The position numbers were made by a program, and so were the translations under genes. The notes beneath the pieces were generated by a model, which saw only the letters and a list, made by a program, of their open reading frames with translations, did no database searches and had not been told where the DNA came from. Source: Candidatus Poribacteria bacterium (lineage in GTDB: Bacteria; Poribacteria; WGA-4E; WGA-3G). From it: DNA of 64,000 nt. Positions 56,484 through 64,000 of this stretch are shown one piece after another. The first letter of the stretch is position 1; each line of letters begins with the position of its first letter. Location: NCBI GenBank assembly GCA_965205015.1, contig OZ242029.1, positions 704,001 to 768,000 of the forward strand. The letters run 5' to 3'.

Positions 56484-57248
56484 ATGAGATGGTCATTGAA
56501 TACCTATCAAACCTGCCAAGAGTGGGAACTCGGACGCATCCTTGACACCGCTGCTGCCACCGGTTACCACGGTGTCGAATTGTTGATGGACTACAAGCAG
56601 AAACACGGATTCGAGTGGGACACGCCAAGAGAGGCTTGGGACGGACTCAAGGCACAAGTCGATGCAAGCGATGTCGTTATCTCTTCACTCACAAGTTGCC
56701 AAAATTTTCATTCCGAAAACGCCGCTGACCGTGAAGAAACCGTTCGACGCGTTACACGCGTGATTGACATGGCGGAATTTATGGGCTGTGACCATGTCCG
56801 AGTGCTCGGCGACCGGTATACCGAGGAGAACCGCGATGCCGTTGTCGGTTACGTCACGGATGGACTAAAAGCACTCGGTGCTTATGCCGCTGAAAAAGAT
56901 ATTACCGTCTCTATTGAGATGCACGGCTCATTCACAGACCCAGACTCGGCAATGGAAGTCATTGAAGGAGTGAATCTTCCGAACGTGGGTTTCGTCTTCA
57001 ATTCGCAATTTATCGGTTGTGATGCCGGGAGTATTGACCCCCTCTTTTCGCGTGTAGGTCCACACATTACTGCGGTACATACCCACCGAGTGGAAGAGCC
57101 AGAGACGTTTGATCTCTACCGACAGATGTTCCAATGGTTCGATCGCACCGGTTTCTCAGGTTACATCTCCAATGAATGTGCTTATACGGGACCTGACCCG
57201 GAAAAGGTCCTTGCACTCTACGTTGGAATTTTCAAGGCATTTACCTAA
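56484..57248 (+). CDS. Sugar phosphate isomerase/epimerase (TIM barrel)
   Basis: GYHGVEL, SIEMHG, GFSGYISNE. Confidence 0.8.
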   Translation: MRWSLNTYQTCQEWELGRILDTAAATGYHGVELLMDYKQKHGFEWDTPREAWDGLKAQVDASDVVISSLTSCQNFHSENAADREETVRRVTRVIDMAEFMGCDHVRVLGDRYTEENRDAVVGYVTDGLKALGAYAAEKDITVSIEMHGSFTDPDSAMEVIEGVNLPNVGFVFNSQFIGCDAGSIDPLFSRVGPHITAVHTHRVEEPETFDLYRQMFQWFDRTGFSGYISNECAYTGPDPEKVLALYVGIFKAFT

Positions 57249-57249
57249 A

Positions 57250-58632
57250 ATGGACACTCCACTTTGTAGGGGCGAGGTCACCTCGTCCGCACACCTCTAT
57301 AAACGGGTCGCAATCCCAGACGCATTCCTGAATGAAACATCGGGAAACGCGTGGGGTGGCGATATCCGAATCGGCGATCTGACGGGCGACGGGACAGTCG
57401 ACTTACTTGTGTACAAATCGCTCGGTGGCATTCATCCGTGTTTCCTCGGCGCGTTCACACTGGAGGGCGAACCGCTCTGGTCTTTCGGGGATAAGCATCT
57501 CGAAATCAGAGACTCGGACGCGAAGGATACTCCGCTAACGACCCTCTCACCCGACCGCCCGGGTCCTGTTGCTATTCACGACATAGATGCCGATGGACAA
57601 GCAGAGGTTATCTGTTTCTGCGTAGACGCGGATGCTTCAGAAGTGAGTAAATGGGATCTGTCGGCGATTCGCCTTATGATTTTAGACGGTACCACAGGTG
57701 CTGTCAAACATACCGCCGCACCGGATGCGTTGCGTCAGTGTAACGCGTTCGCTGAAGGGGACATTCACATCTCCAACTACGTCCATCAACGATTGATGAT
57801 CGCCAACCTCTGTGGCACTGCACAACCACAAGATTTTGTTGTGAAGATCGGTGTGAACCTACTCGCTTTCAACCACAAATTGGAACTGCTCTGGCAGTAT
57901 ACTGACGAGTGGTTTCGGTATCCGAAGCACTCCGCATATATCCCGGCAGTCGGTGACTTTAATGGAGACGGGCTCGACGAGATTAACGGTGGTAATTTCG
58001 GACTCGCTGCGGATGGCACGGTCCTCTGGAATCACTTTTTTGGCGACAATATGGACTCGGTTTTAGTTTCCGAATGGAACGGTAGGAACCGAGCCATCCT
58101 CTCCGGGGGTGGACAGGTGGTCGACGCCGAGGGCACTCCGATTCTCTCACTCGGTTTTGATGCTGTGCCCCACGGACAAGAGATCCGATGTGGTAAATTA
58201 CTACCAGACACGTCTGAAAACGCCTTGGTTATCCGATATAACGGACATCACACCGACCTGATGGTAGTCGACAACAATGGGCAGATTCAAAACAGGTTTA
58301 ACGTCGATGAAACGCCGAACAATACAGGCTTGGAAGTTATTCGCTGGCAGGGGTCCGAAACCTGTGAATTGATTTATAGCCCAGCTGCGCTTTACGATAG
58401 TGCAGGCGATAAGGTGGTAACGTTCCCTGAACTGCCGCCACCCAGTGGTGGAAAAATGGGATGGTACCACTGTTTCCCTGCCGATGTCTGTGGTGATGCA
58501 CGCGAAGAGGTTATCCTCTACGATCCGTATAGCGATGCCGTCTATATCTACACACCAACGCCTTTTCAACCCGATCTGTTCGGTGGATACCAGCATACCG
58601 AGCGACAATATAACACCCGTTTAATGGACTAA
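57250..58632 (+). CDS. FG-GAP/rhamnogalacturonan lyase (PL11)-like beta-propeller protein
   Basis: GDLTGDGTVD, DIDADGQAEV, GDFNGDGLDE, ADVCGDAREEV; a REP lies in the first codons (57266-57288). Confidence 0.65.
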   Translation: MDTPLCRGEVTSSAHLYKRVAIPDAFLNETSGNAWGGDIRIGDLTGDGTVDLLVYKSLGGIHPCFLGAFTLEGEPLWSFGDKHLEIRDSDAKDTPLTTLSPDRPGPVAIHDIDADGQAEVICFCVDADASEVSKWDLSAIRLMILDGTTGAVKHTAAPDALRQCNAFAEGDIHISNYVHQRLMIANLCGTAQPQDFVVKIGVNLLAFNHKLELLWQYTDEWFRYPKHSAYIPAVGDFNGDGLDEINGGNFGLAADGTVLWNHFFGDNMDSVLVSEWNGRNRAILSGGGQVVDAEGTPILSLGFDAVPHGQEIRCGKLLPDTSENALVIRYNGHHTDLMVVDNNGQIQNRFNVDETPNNTGLEVIRWQGSETCELIYSPAALYDSAGDKVVTFPELPPPSGGKMGWYHCFPADVCGDAREEVILYDPYSDAVYIYTPTPFQPDLFGGYQHTERQYNTRLMD

Positions 58633-58637
58633 AGGAC

Positions 58638-59903
58638 ATGAAAACTGACGCTGTCAATAAATTTCTACTCATCTCAATCGACTGCTGGCGGTTCGATGCG
58701 CTCAGTCGGACGAATCCCCTTTTCAATACGCCGAAGTTCGATCTGCTGACGCAGGATTTCTCGCTCGCCGAAAAATTTTTTGTGCCAGCACCGGCGACGC
58801 GTCCGTCGCATACCTCCTATTTTACGGGGCTTTATCCGTTTGAACACGGGGTCTACGGACAAACCTACCTTAAAATGTTTGAGGGCATCCCGAATCTGTT
58901 CCAAATATTTGATGACGCAGGCTATCATATCACGGGACGCTCCGAACGTCCGGAGGTGTTCCGTTTTCTTGATTTTGAGCCGTTCATTACGTCGGTCGAT
59001 CCGAATGCGAAAGCACAACATCTCGGTTCGCTTGAAGACCTTGTCGAGCAGATCCAGCAGCCTTCGGACGTACCACAGTTCTGTTTCCTGCACTTCTGGT
59101 ATACACACGGCGGTTACGGTATGAGCGGGATTCCAGGTGCACCGAGCCTCAAGTCACTTGTGGATCGCGGCAGAACAGATGAGGCATTGCGGTTTTACTA
59201 CGCCGCTGCGACGCATATCCTCGAATTCAAGTTAGTCGAAATTCTGAAGCAACTTCAACTCTCGGATTGGGCGGTTTTCATCTTCGGGGATCACGGCGAA
59301 GGCATCTGTGAAGAGATTACCGATCACGGTGGCACACTCAATCAGAATGTGCTACACGTGCCGCTGTTGGCGCATATCCCGGGTGTGTCAAACATCGAAT
59401 TCCCGAACCCACCGATTTCAGCCATCGATCTGTTCCCAACGATCACAAACCTTGCGGGCATCGATGTGGATTATCACGGATACGGACACGACCTACTATC
59501 GCCATCGGAAATTGATGCAAACCGATTGGTATTATCGGAGTTGGATAGTCTCTTCGGGATCGGGTTCCTCAGTCGGGACAACTTAGAAATGCCGCACCAT
59601 CGCGTGACATCTCGGACGTCGGTCGATAATGAGGAAATTAGTAGGTACTCGGAAGGCGTGCGACTCTGGTCGTTGACGGATGGTGAACACCTCTATCGGG
59701 AAGATGAGCAGACGGGTGAGTTCGTGTATCGGCACGTGCTGAGCGGTGAAGATCTCGCCTGTGAGGATCCAGACCGTTTCCGGGACGCTTACGACGAAAT
59801 TCTGATGAATTCCAACTATCAGCACCTATTGGCACAAGAATCCACGACTGAAGAGACGGAGATTCTGGAAGGCAGGTTGCGCGATTTGGGATACGTCGAG
59901 TAA
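58638..59903 (+). CDS. Sulfatase-like / alkaline phosphatase superfamily hydrolase
   Basis: LISIDCWRFD, ATRPSH, GDHGE, LHVPL, IDLFPT, RLRDLGY. Confidence 0.82.
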   Translation: MKTDAVNKFLLISIDCWRFDALSRTNPLFNTPKFDLLTQDFSLAEKFFVPAPATRPSHTSYFTGLYPFEHGVYGQTYLKMFEGIPNLFQIFDDAGYHITGRSERPEVFRFLDFEPFITSVDPNAKAQHLGSLEDLVEQIQQPSDVPQFCFLHFWYTHGGYGMSGIPGAPSLKSLVDRGRTDEALRFYYAAATHILEFKLVEILKQLQLSDWAVFIFGDHGEGICEEITDHGGTLNQNVLHVPLLAHIPGVSNIEFPNPPISAIDLFPTITNLAGIDVDYHGYGHDLLSPSEIDANRLVLSELDSLFGIGFLSRDNLEMPHHRVTSRTSVDNEEISRYSEGVRLWSLTDGEHLYREDEQTGEFVYRHVLSGEDLACEDPDRFRDAYDEILMNSNYQHLLAQESTTEETEILEGRLRDLGYVE

Positions 59904-59977
59904 AGGTGCCGCATGACAGTGGAAGGCTAACTGCTATGAAGCACAAGACTTGCCCTTTAGGGCGTGGGTGCCTTGAC
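59904..59977. mobile_element. IS200/IS605 end remnant
   Basis: caagacttgccctttagggcgtgggtgccttgac (reverse complement GTCAAGGCACCCACGCCCTAAAGGGC...) is a typical IS605-family terminal hairpin. Confidence 0.55.
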
Positions 59978-59986
59978 CACTCGTCT

Positions 59987-60469
59987 CTACAGTTCGTGGA
60001 TTGTTGCCTCAAGCGTTTCGAGATCGACGACGGCAACCGTTGCCTTCCCCGTCGTCCAGCCGCCGGTCTCACCCGGATTGAGTAGGAGCGATTCTCCCTT
60101 TTGAATGTCTATCTCGTGGGTGTGTCCGTAGACGACGACATCGTAATCGCCACTTTTGGCAATCGGGATAGCGAGTTCAGGGTAGTGCATCACGGCGATG
60201 TTCCTGCCGCCAAGCGATACACTCGCCAGGTTAGGATGCACCTCACCAATGGCTTCAAATCGTTGTGCGAGGACAACGCGTTCACCGTCGTTGTTTCCAA
60301 AAACGCCGACAACGCGACAGTTTAAATCCGCTAACGGCGCAATAGCAAACGGTGCGATGAAATCGCCTGCATGGACGACGAGGTCTACGCCGATTTCATT
60401 GAAAAGCGCGACAGCGCGTTCGACATTCGGGATATTGTCGTGGCTGTCGGACATGACACCAAGTTTCAT
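59987..60469 (-). CDS. YfcE/MJ0936 family metallophosphoesterase
   Basis: SDSHD, HAGD, GNND, GHTH, NPGE. Confidence 0.92.
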   Translation of the reverse strand: MKLGVMSDSHDNIPNVERAVALFNEIGVDLVVHAGDFIAPFAIAPLADLNCRVVGVFGNNDGERVVLAQRFEAIGEVHPNLASVSLGGRNIAVMHYPELAIPIAKSGDYDVVVYGHTHEIDIQKGESLLLNPGETGGWTTGKATVAVVDLETLEATIHEL

Positions 60470-60488
60470 ATTTTTAATTTTCCTTTTT

Positions 60489-61769
60489 TTAGGCGACTAT
60501 CGAGACAGGCACCCTGTGAATTACATTTCCAAGATAACCTTTGGGATTCCACGGTTGTGTGAAAGGCTGCGAGGCACCGGTATCGTCATACGCGCGTGCC
60601 CATATTTCATAGTAACCTCTGTTTGCAAAGGTGAGTTCGGTTTTCCAATGATACCACGCGTATCTGTTTGATGGCGGAATCAACCGGGTTTCTTGCCACT
60701 GAAGTCCGAAATCTGTAGAGACCATAACTTTATCAATCCGGTTTTCGCCTGCCCACGCGTGACCTCTCGCCTTTACAGGAACACCTATCCCAAATTCCAG
60801 ATGCGGCTCGGGACGGGTGATGAGCGACTTCACCCGCCATGCCGTCGCAATACGCATATCCTCGACCGGGGGTTTATCTCCAGGTGCTATCGGGTAAGCG
60901 GGGATGCGATAGGAATATCCGCTCATCTTCTCGGAGTCGTGAACCCTATCCCGTACCCAGATACGGTTGAGCCACTTTTGCATGGCACTGCCGATCCACC
61001 CTGGCACAATCAATCTCGCGGGGAACCCGTGGGCTGCCGGCAATACTTCTCCATTCATCTTAAGCGCGATGAGTGTGTGTTCATCCATCGCCTTCTCAAT
61101 CGGGATTCCTCGTGAGAAGGGTTCGCTGCCGTCATTGGGAACATCTTCGCCGTAGTTCCCAGTATAGACAGCACTCGTTTTCAGACCTGCGGCTTGCAGA
61201 ACATCGCGCAAGCGGACACCCGTCCATTCGCTACAAGCGACCGCGCCGCGTTGCCATGGGGTTCCACTCACCTCTGGGACAAAGAGGTTTCTCCCGTTTC
61301 CTGCACATTCCAATACGATTTCCAGGGTGACCTGCGGAAAACGCGAAAGGTCATCCATTGACAGTGCCAACGCTTTATGGACTTCGCCATCTATGACCAA
61401 TTTCCATCTCTGGAGATCTTTATTTACCGCTCGCTCTGGAACGCCACTGTTGTTACGGACGAAATGCCGCGCGGTTGGGGTAACGTCGTCGTTGAGGAGG
61501 TGCGGTGCGAACTCACCATTAAAAGGATTCTGCGAATGGACGAGCATATCCGACTTCGGGAGTCCTGCTTCTTGTGCTTCCATCAAGACAATCGGTGCGA
61601 GTCCCCTACCGAACAAACCTCGGTCAACGGCTTCACATCCTGCCCCAAACATTCCGAGACTCGCGAGGAGTGCCCCTCTGCCCAATTTGGCAAGAAAGTC
61701 CCGCCTCGTTGCATTAGGAACAGTTTCAAGCCGATCTGTAAAATTGGATTTATGCTCTGTTTTCTCCAT
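60489..61769 (-). CDS. Tat-exported sulfite oxidase family molybdoenzyme (SorA/SoxC-like)
   Basis: TRRDFL Tat motif; FVRN, ECAGN, WTGVRL, HGFPARL..PGWIG, KWL. Confidence 0.9.
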   Translation of the reverse strand: MEKTEHKSNFTDRLETVPNATRRDFLAKLGRGALLASLGMFGAGCEAVDRGLFGRGLAPIVLMEAQEAGLPKSDMLVHSQNPFNGEFAPHLLNDDVTPTARHFVRNNSGVPERAVNKDLQRWKLVIDGEVHKALALSMDDLSRFPQVTLEIVLECAGNGRNLFVPEVSGTPWQRGAVACSEWTGVRLRDVLQAAGLKTSAVYTGNYGEDVPNDGSEPFSRGIPIEKAMDEHTLIALKMNGEVLPAAHGFPARLIVPGWIGSAMQKWLNRIWVRDRVHDSEKMSGYSYRIPAYPIAPGDKPPVEDMRIATAWRVKSLITRPEPHLEFGIGVPVKARGHAWAGENRIDKVMVSTDFGLQWQETRLIPPSNRYAWYHWKTELTFANRGYYEIWARAYDDTGASQPFTQPWNPKGYLGNVIHRVPVSIVA

Positions 61770-62057
61770 AATTGGAATTCTATTTTACCAATACCTTCGC
61801 CAAAAAAGTTGACGAAATAGGACAATATCCTAAAGTTGTAGATGGACAAACTCAACTTAGAAAAGATATTTGCCCATGTTAGAGATTCTATCATTGTTCA
61901 GTGTTTTCAGTCCACATTTATCAACAGCGACCCCAGGGTCATTCAATTGTTAAATTGTCTGAATCGCGGATGACACGGATTATGCGGATTACGCGGACTT
62001 TTAAGTCGCTACTCTCCAGACCCCTTATGAAATTTGGGGAATTTCACGGAGAATTGA

Positions 62058-62330
62058 ATGGCTCTGACAGCGCCCTTCGTCAGTAATGCCGCAAATCTCT
62101 CAATGTTTATGGTCAATGTCGCGGCGAAACTCAAAACCGTCTTTGGAGCAGAACAGACCGGGTTTAGGATTTTAGACCTCAAAGCACGCTACCGAGGGAG
62201 GAAGTATTTACACGAGACCTTAAAAATACTTCCGCAAAAACCTGAAACTATTGTTATTAACGAAATCGCTGAACATCTCGGTGCCACCGGTGCTATTCAT
62301 TACACGCCACCTCAACTTAACCCTGGATAA
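62058..62330 (+). pseudogene. C-terminal remnant of a DDE transposase (IS4/IS701-like)
   Basis: NAANLSMFMVN...ILDLKARYRGRKYLHETLKILPQKP resembles transposase C-termini; N-terminal part absent. Confidence 0.5.
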
Positions 62331-63963
62331 TTGGCAAAGCATTGAGCGACAATATGTTTTTTATTTTTTCTATTAATTCACCAAAACAACTTTCTAAATC
62401 CTCATCCGATATATTGCTAAGTATTTCTGTCTCAAACTTAGGTTTACTTCTTACCTTCTTGTTTGAATGCATTATTGCACATGAATCATTACTTTGCATA
62501 ATTTTATCTACCAATACACACGGGAAAATAGATTCAATACCCGTTTCAATGCTATTATTTTTATTCAACTTGAATAAAAATACATTTCTTTTCAGATCTG
62601 GTATGTCGTCATTCTCATTTATTTCTATTTCTGGATCTAATACGCCTAATATACTTGGAACCACTTTTGGATTATCCTGATCTATAGATTTAATCCTTTC
62701 TAATCTAAGACATTGCTTTACATTTGGACTCCCGCCAACAGAGATAATACTAATATATTTTAGTAATTCTTTATCTAATTTTGTTATAGCATATTCTATA
62801 TATCTCTTGTCTGTTTTACCCTCTACATAAACTATAAGCGATTTTTGATCATTTATAGCTTGTCTAATCAACTTAATCATAGGCATATTAGAAGGAGGTA
62901 TTTGAGAAAACTCTTTTACGAACATTCTTTGTTCTTCTTCGTTTAATTGACTTTCGGTTTTCACCATCAGAGACTCAACAGATTGATTTACACAATATAA
63001 CATATTTTCTTGATATAAGTACGGCGAATGCGTGGTATAAATAATTTGTGAATTGCGGCTTATATCCTTTAGTACCTTCACAATATCAGTATGTAAAGTA
63101 GGATTAATATTAGCAAACGGCTCATCCAAAATAAAGAAAAATCGTTCGTCATTTAGAATATAACTAATAAGAGTTAAAAGTGTTCTTAGACCGTCAGATT
63201 CATTATATAACATCGTATCCGTAGAGAATTTACTATCATTTAATAATCGGTATCTAACATTGAAATGCACATAAACTGAAGTTTCAAAATCACGAAACAT
63301 GACGGGAAGATTAGTATGAGTTACAGAAAACTTTATTAAAAATTCATAATGCCTCCCTAAAGATTCGGAAAAATAACTATTAAATATTTCTGTTAAATTT
63401 TCTGATATTTTTTTAGTATAATTATTATGTAGTTCTGAAGAATCAATACTTAGTATATCTTTCATACTTAAATCTACAGAAGACAAAATATTTAACCAAG
63501 CATTATAAGTTTGAATTTCACCTTTCTCCTCTATAGTATCCGAACCTTTCTTCTCTATAATATCCGATATACATTGTGAAGGCGTTAAATCACGTTTTTT
63601 ATAATGTATTACGGTATTTCCTATTTGATGACAGAAACCCAAAGCACGAGAATAAATGGGTAAAATATTGTCTACGAGATTTGGACTTATTTCATTTTCA
63701 CACCTTATATTACCCATTCTTTTTATAGTTCTACCATCTTCAAGATTTAATATACAGTTTATTCTTCCGCCTTGCGAAGAACCAATTTTAGTATTGTCTC
63801 CTGCATCAAATGGATCCTGAAGTAGAGTCGATTTGATTGCTTCAACTATTGTACTTTTACCACTAGAGTTTAATCCAATAATGCCAGTCATGTTTTCTAA
63901 ATTAATATCACCAGTATTTCTAAATCCTTTATAGCTCTCAAGTCTAAAACTTTTTATTTTCAT
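62317..63963 (-). CDS. Low-GC ABC-type ATPase + TOPRIM protein (OLD/GajA-like nuclease architecture)
   Basis: MKIKSFRLESYKGF, GLNSSGKST, ESDG, ILDEP..NINP, YTTHSP, IVYVEGKTD; markedly AT-rich. Confidence 0.78.
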   Translation of the reverse strand: MKIKSFRLESYKGFRNTGDINLENMTGIIGLNSSGKSTIVEAIKSTLLQDPFDAGDNTKIGSSQGGRINCILNLEDGRTIKRMGNIRCENEISPNLVDNILPIYSRALGFCHQIGNTVIHYKKRDLTPSQCISDIIEKKGSDTIEEKGEIQTYNAWLNILSSVDLSMKDILSIDSSELHNNYTKKISENLTEIFNSYFSESLGRHYEFLIKFSVTHTNLPVMFRDFETSVYVHFNVRYRLLNDSKFSTDTMLYNESDGLRTLLTLISYILNDERFFFILDEPFANINPTLHTDIVKVLKDISRNSQIIYTTHSPYLYQENMLYCVNQSVESLMVKTESQLNEEEQRMFVKEFSQIPPSNMPMIKLIRQAINDQKSLIVYVEGKTDKRYIEYAITKLDKELLKYISIISVGGSPNVKQCLRLERIKSIDQDNPKVVPSILGVLDPEIEINENDDIPDLKRNVFLFKLNKNNSIETGIESIFPCVLVDKIMQSNDSCAIMHSNKKVRSKPKFETEILSNISDEDLESCFGELIEKIKNILSLNALPIIQG

Positions 63964-64000
63964 TTTATTTATCTCTGTACTGTAGTGCATTTGCCCCGCT

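Overview
A 64-kb bacterial window of moderate GC. Its gene content (PhyH, FGE-sulfatase, LRR/FG-GAP/TPR proteins with a shared 'NYPNPFNPETW...VASGVYFY' C-terminal domain, many BlaR/ECF/TlpA fusions) suggests a Candidatus Poribacteria-like sponge symbiont; this is an inference. It carries housekeeping genes (queF, queG, pheA, UPF0182, GT9), several eukaryote-like repeat proteins and many dispersed REP-like and palindromic repeats. Five features are missed by the ORF track. (1) Two ORFs read through an in-frame TGA followed by a bSECIS-like hairpin: a SELENON (selenoprotein N)-like protein fused to a TlpA-like redoxin (34078-35748, DDESC-U-G) and a small DUF5069-like protein (19709-19954, YP-U-PQD). 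(2) The SelN-like gene ends a 14-kb co-oriented redox locus: ECF sigma-redoxin fusion, four ABC permeases with no ATPase, BlaI, BlaR1/M56-redoxin fusion and a secreted redoxin. A sigma70 promoter in this locus is flanked by two 18-bp palindromic operators. (3) A 487-bp non-autonomous IS200/IS605 HEARO/omegaRNA element has inserted precisely into a small gene just before an ATGAA TAM-like motif. Where the IscB ORF would be, it carries an SRP domain IV-like RNA motif. (4) Palindromic repeats are inserted in-frame in an outer-membrane protein gene. (5) A low-GC OLD-like ABC-ATPase/TOPRIM gene lies next to a transposase remnant at the right edge. No rRNA, tRNA or CRISPR array was seen. All family calls come from visual motif recognition, not database searches.
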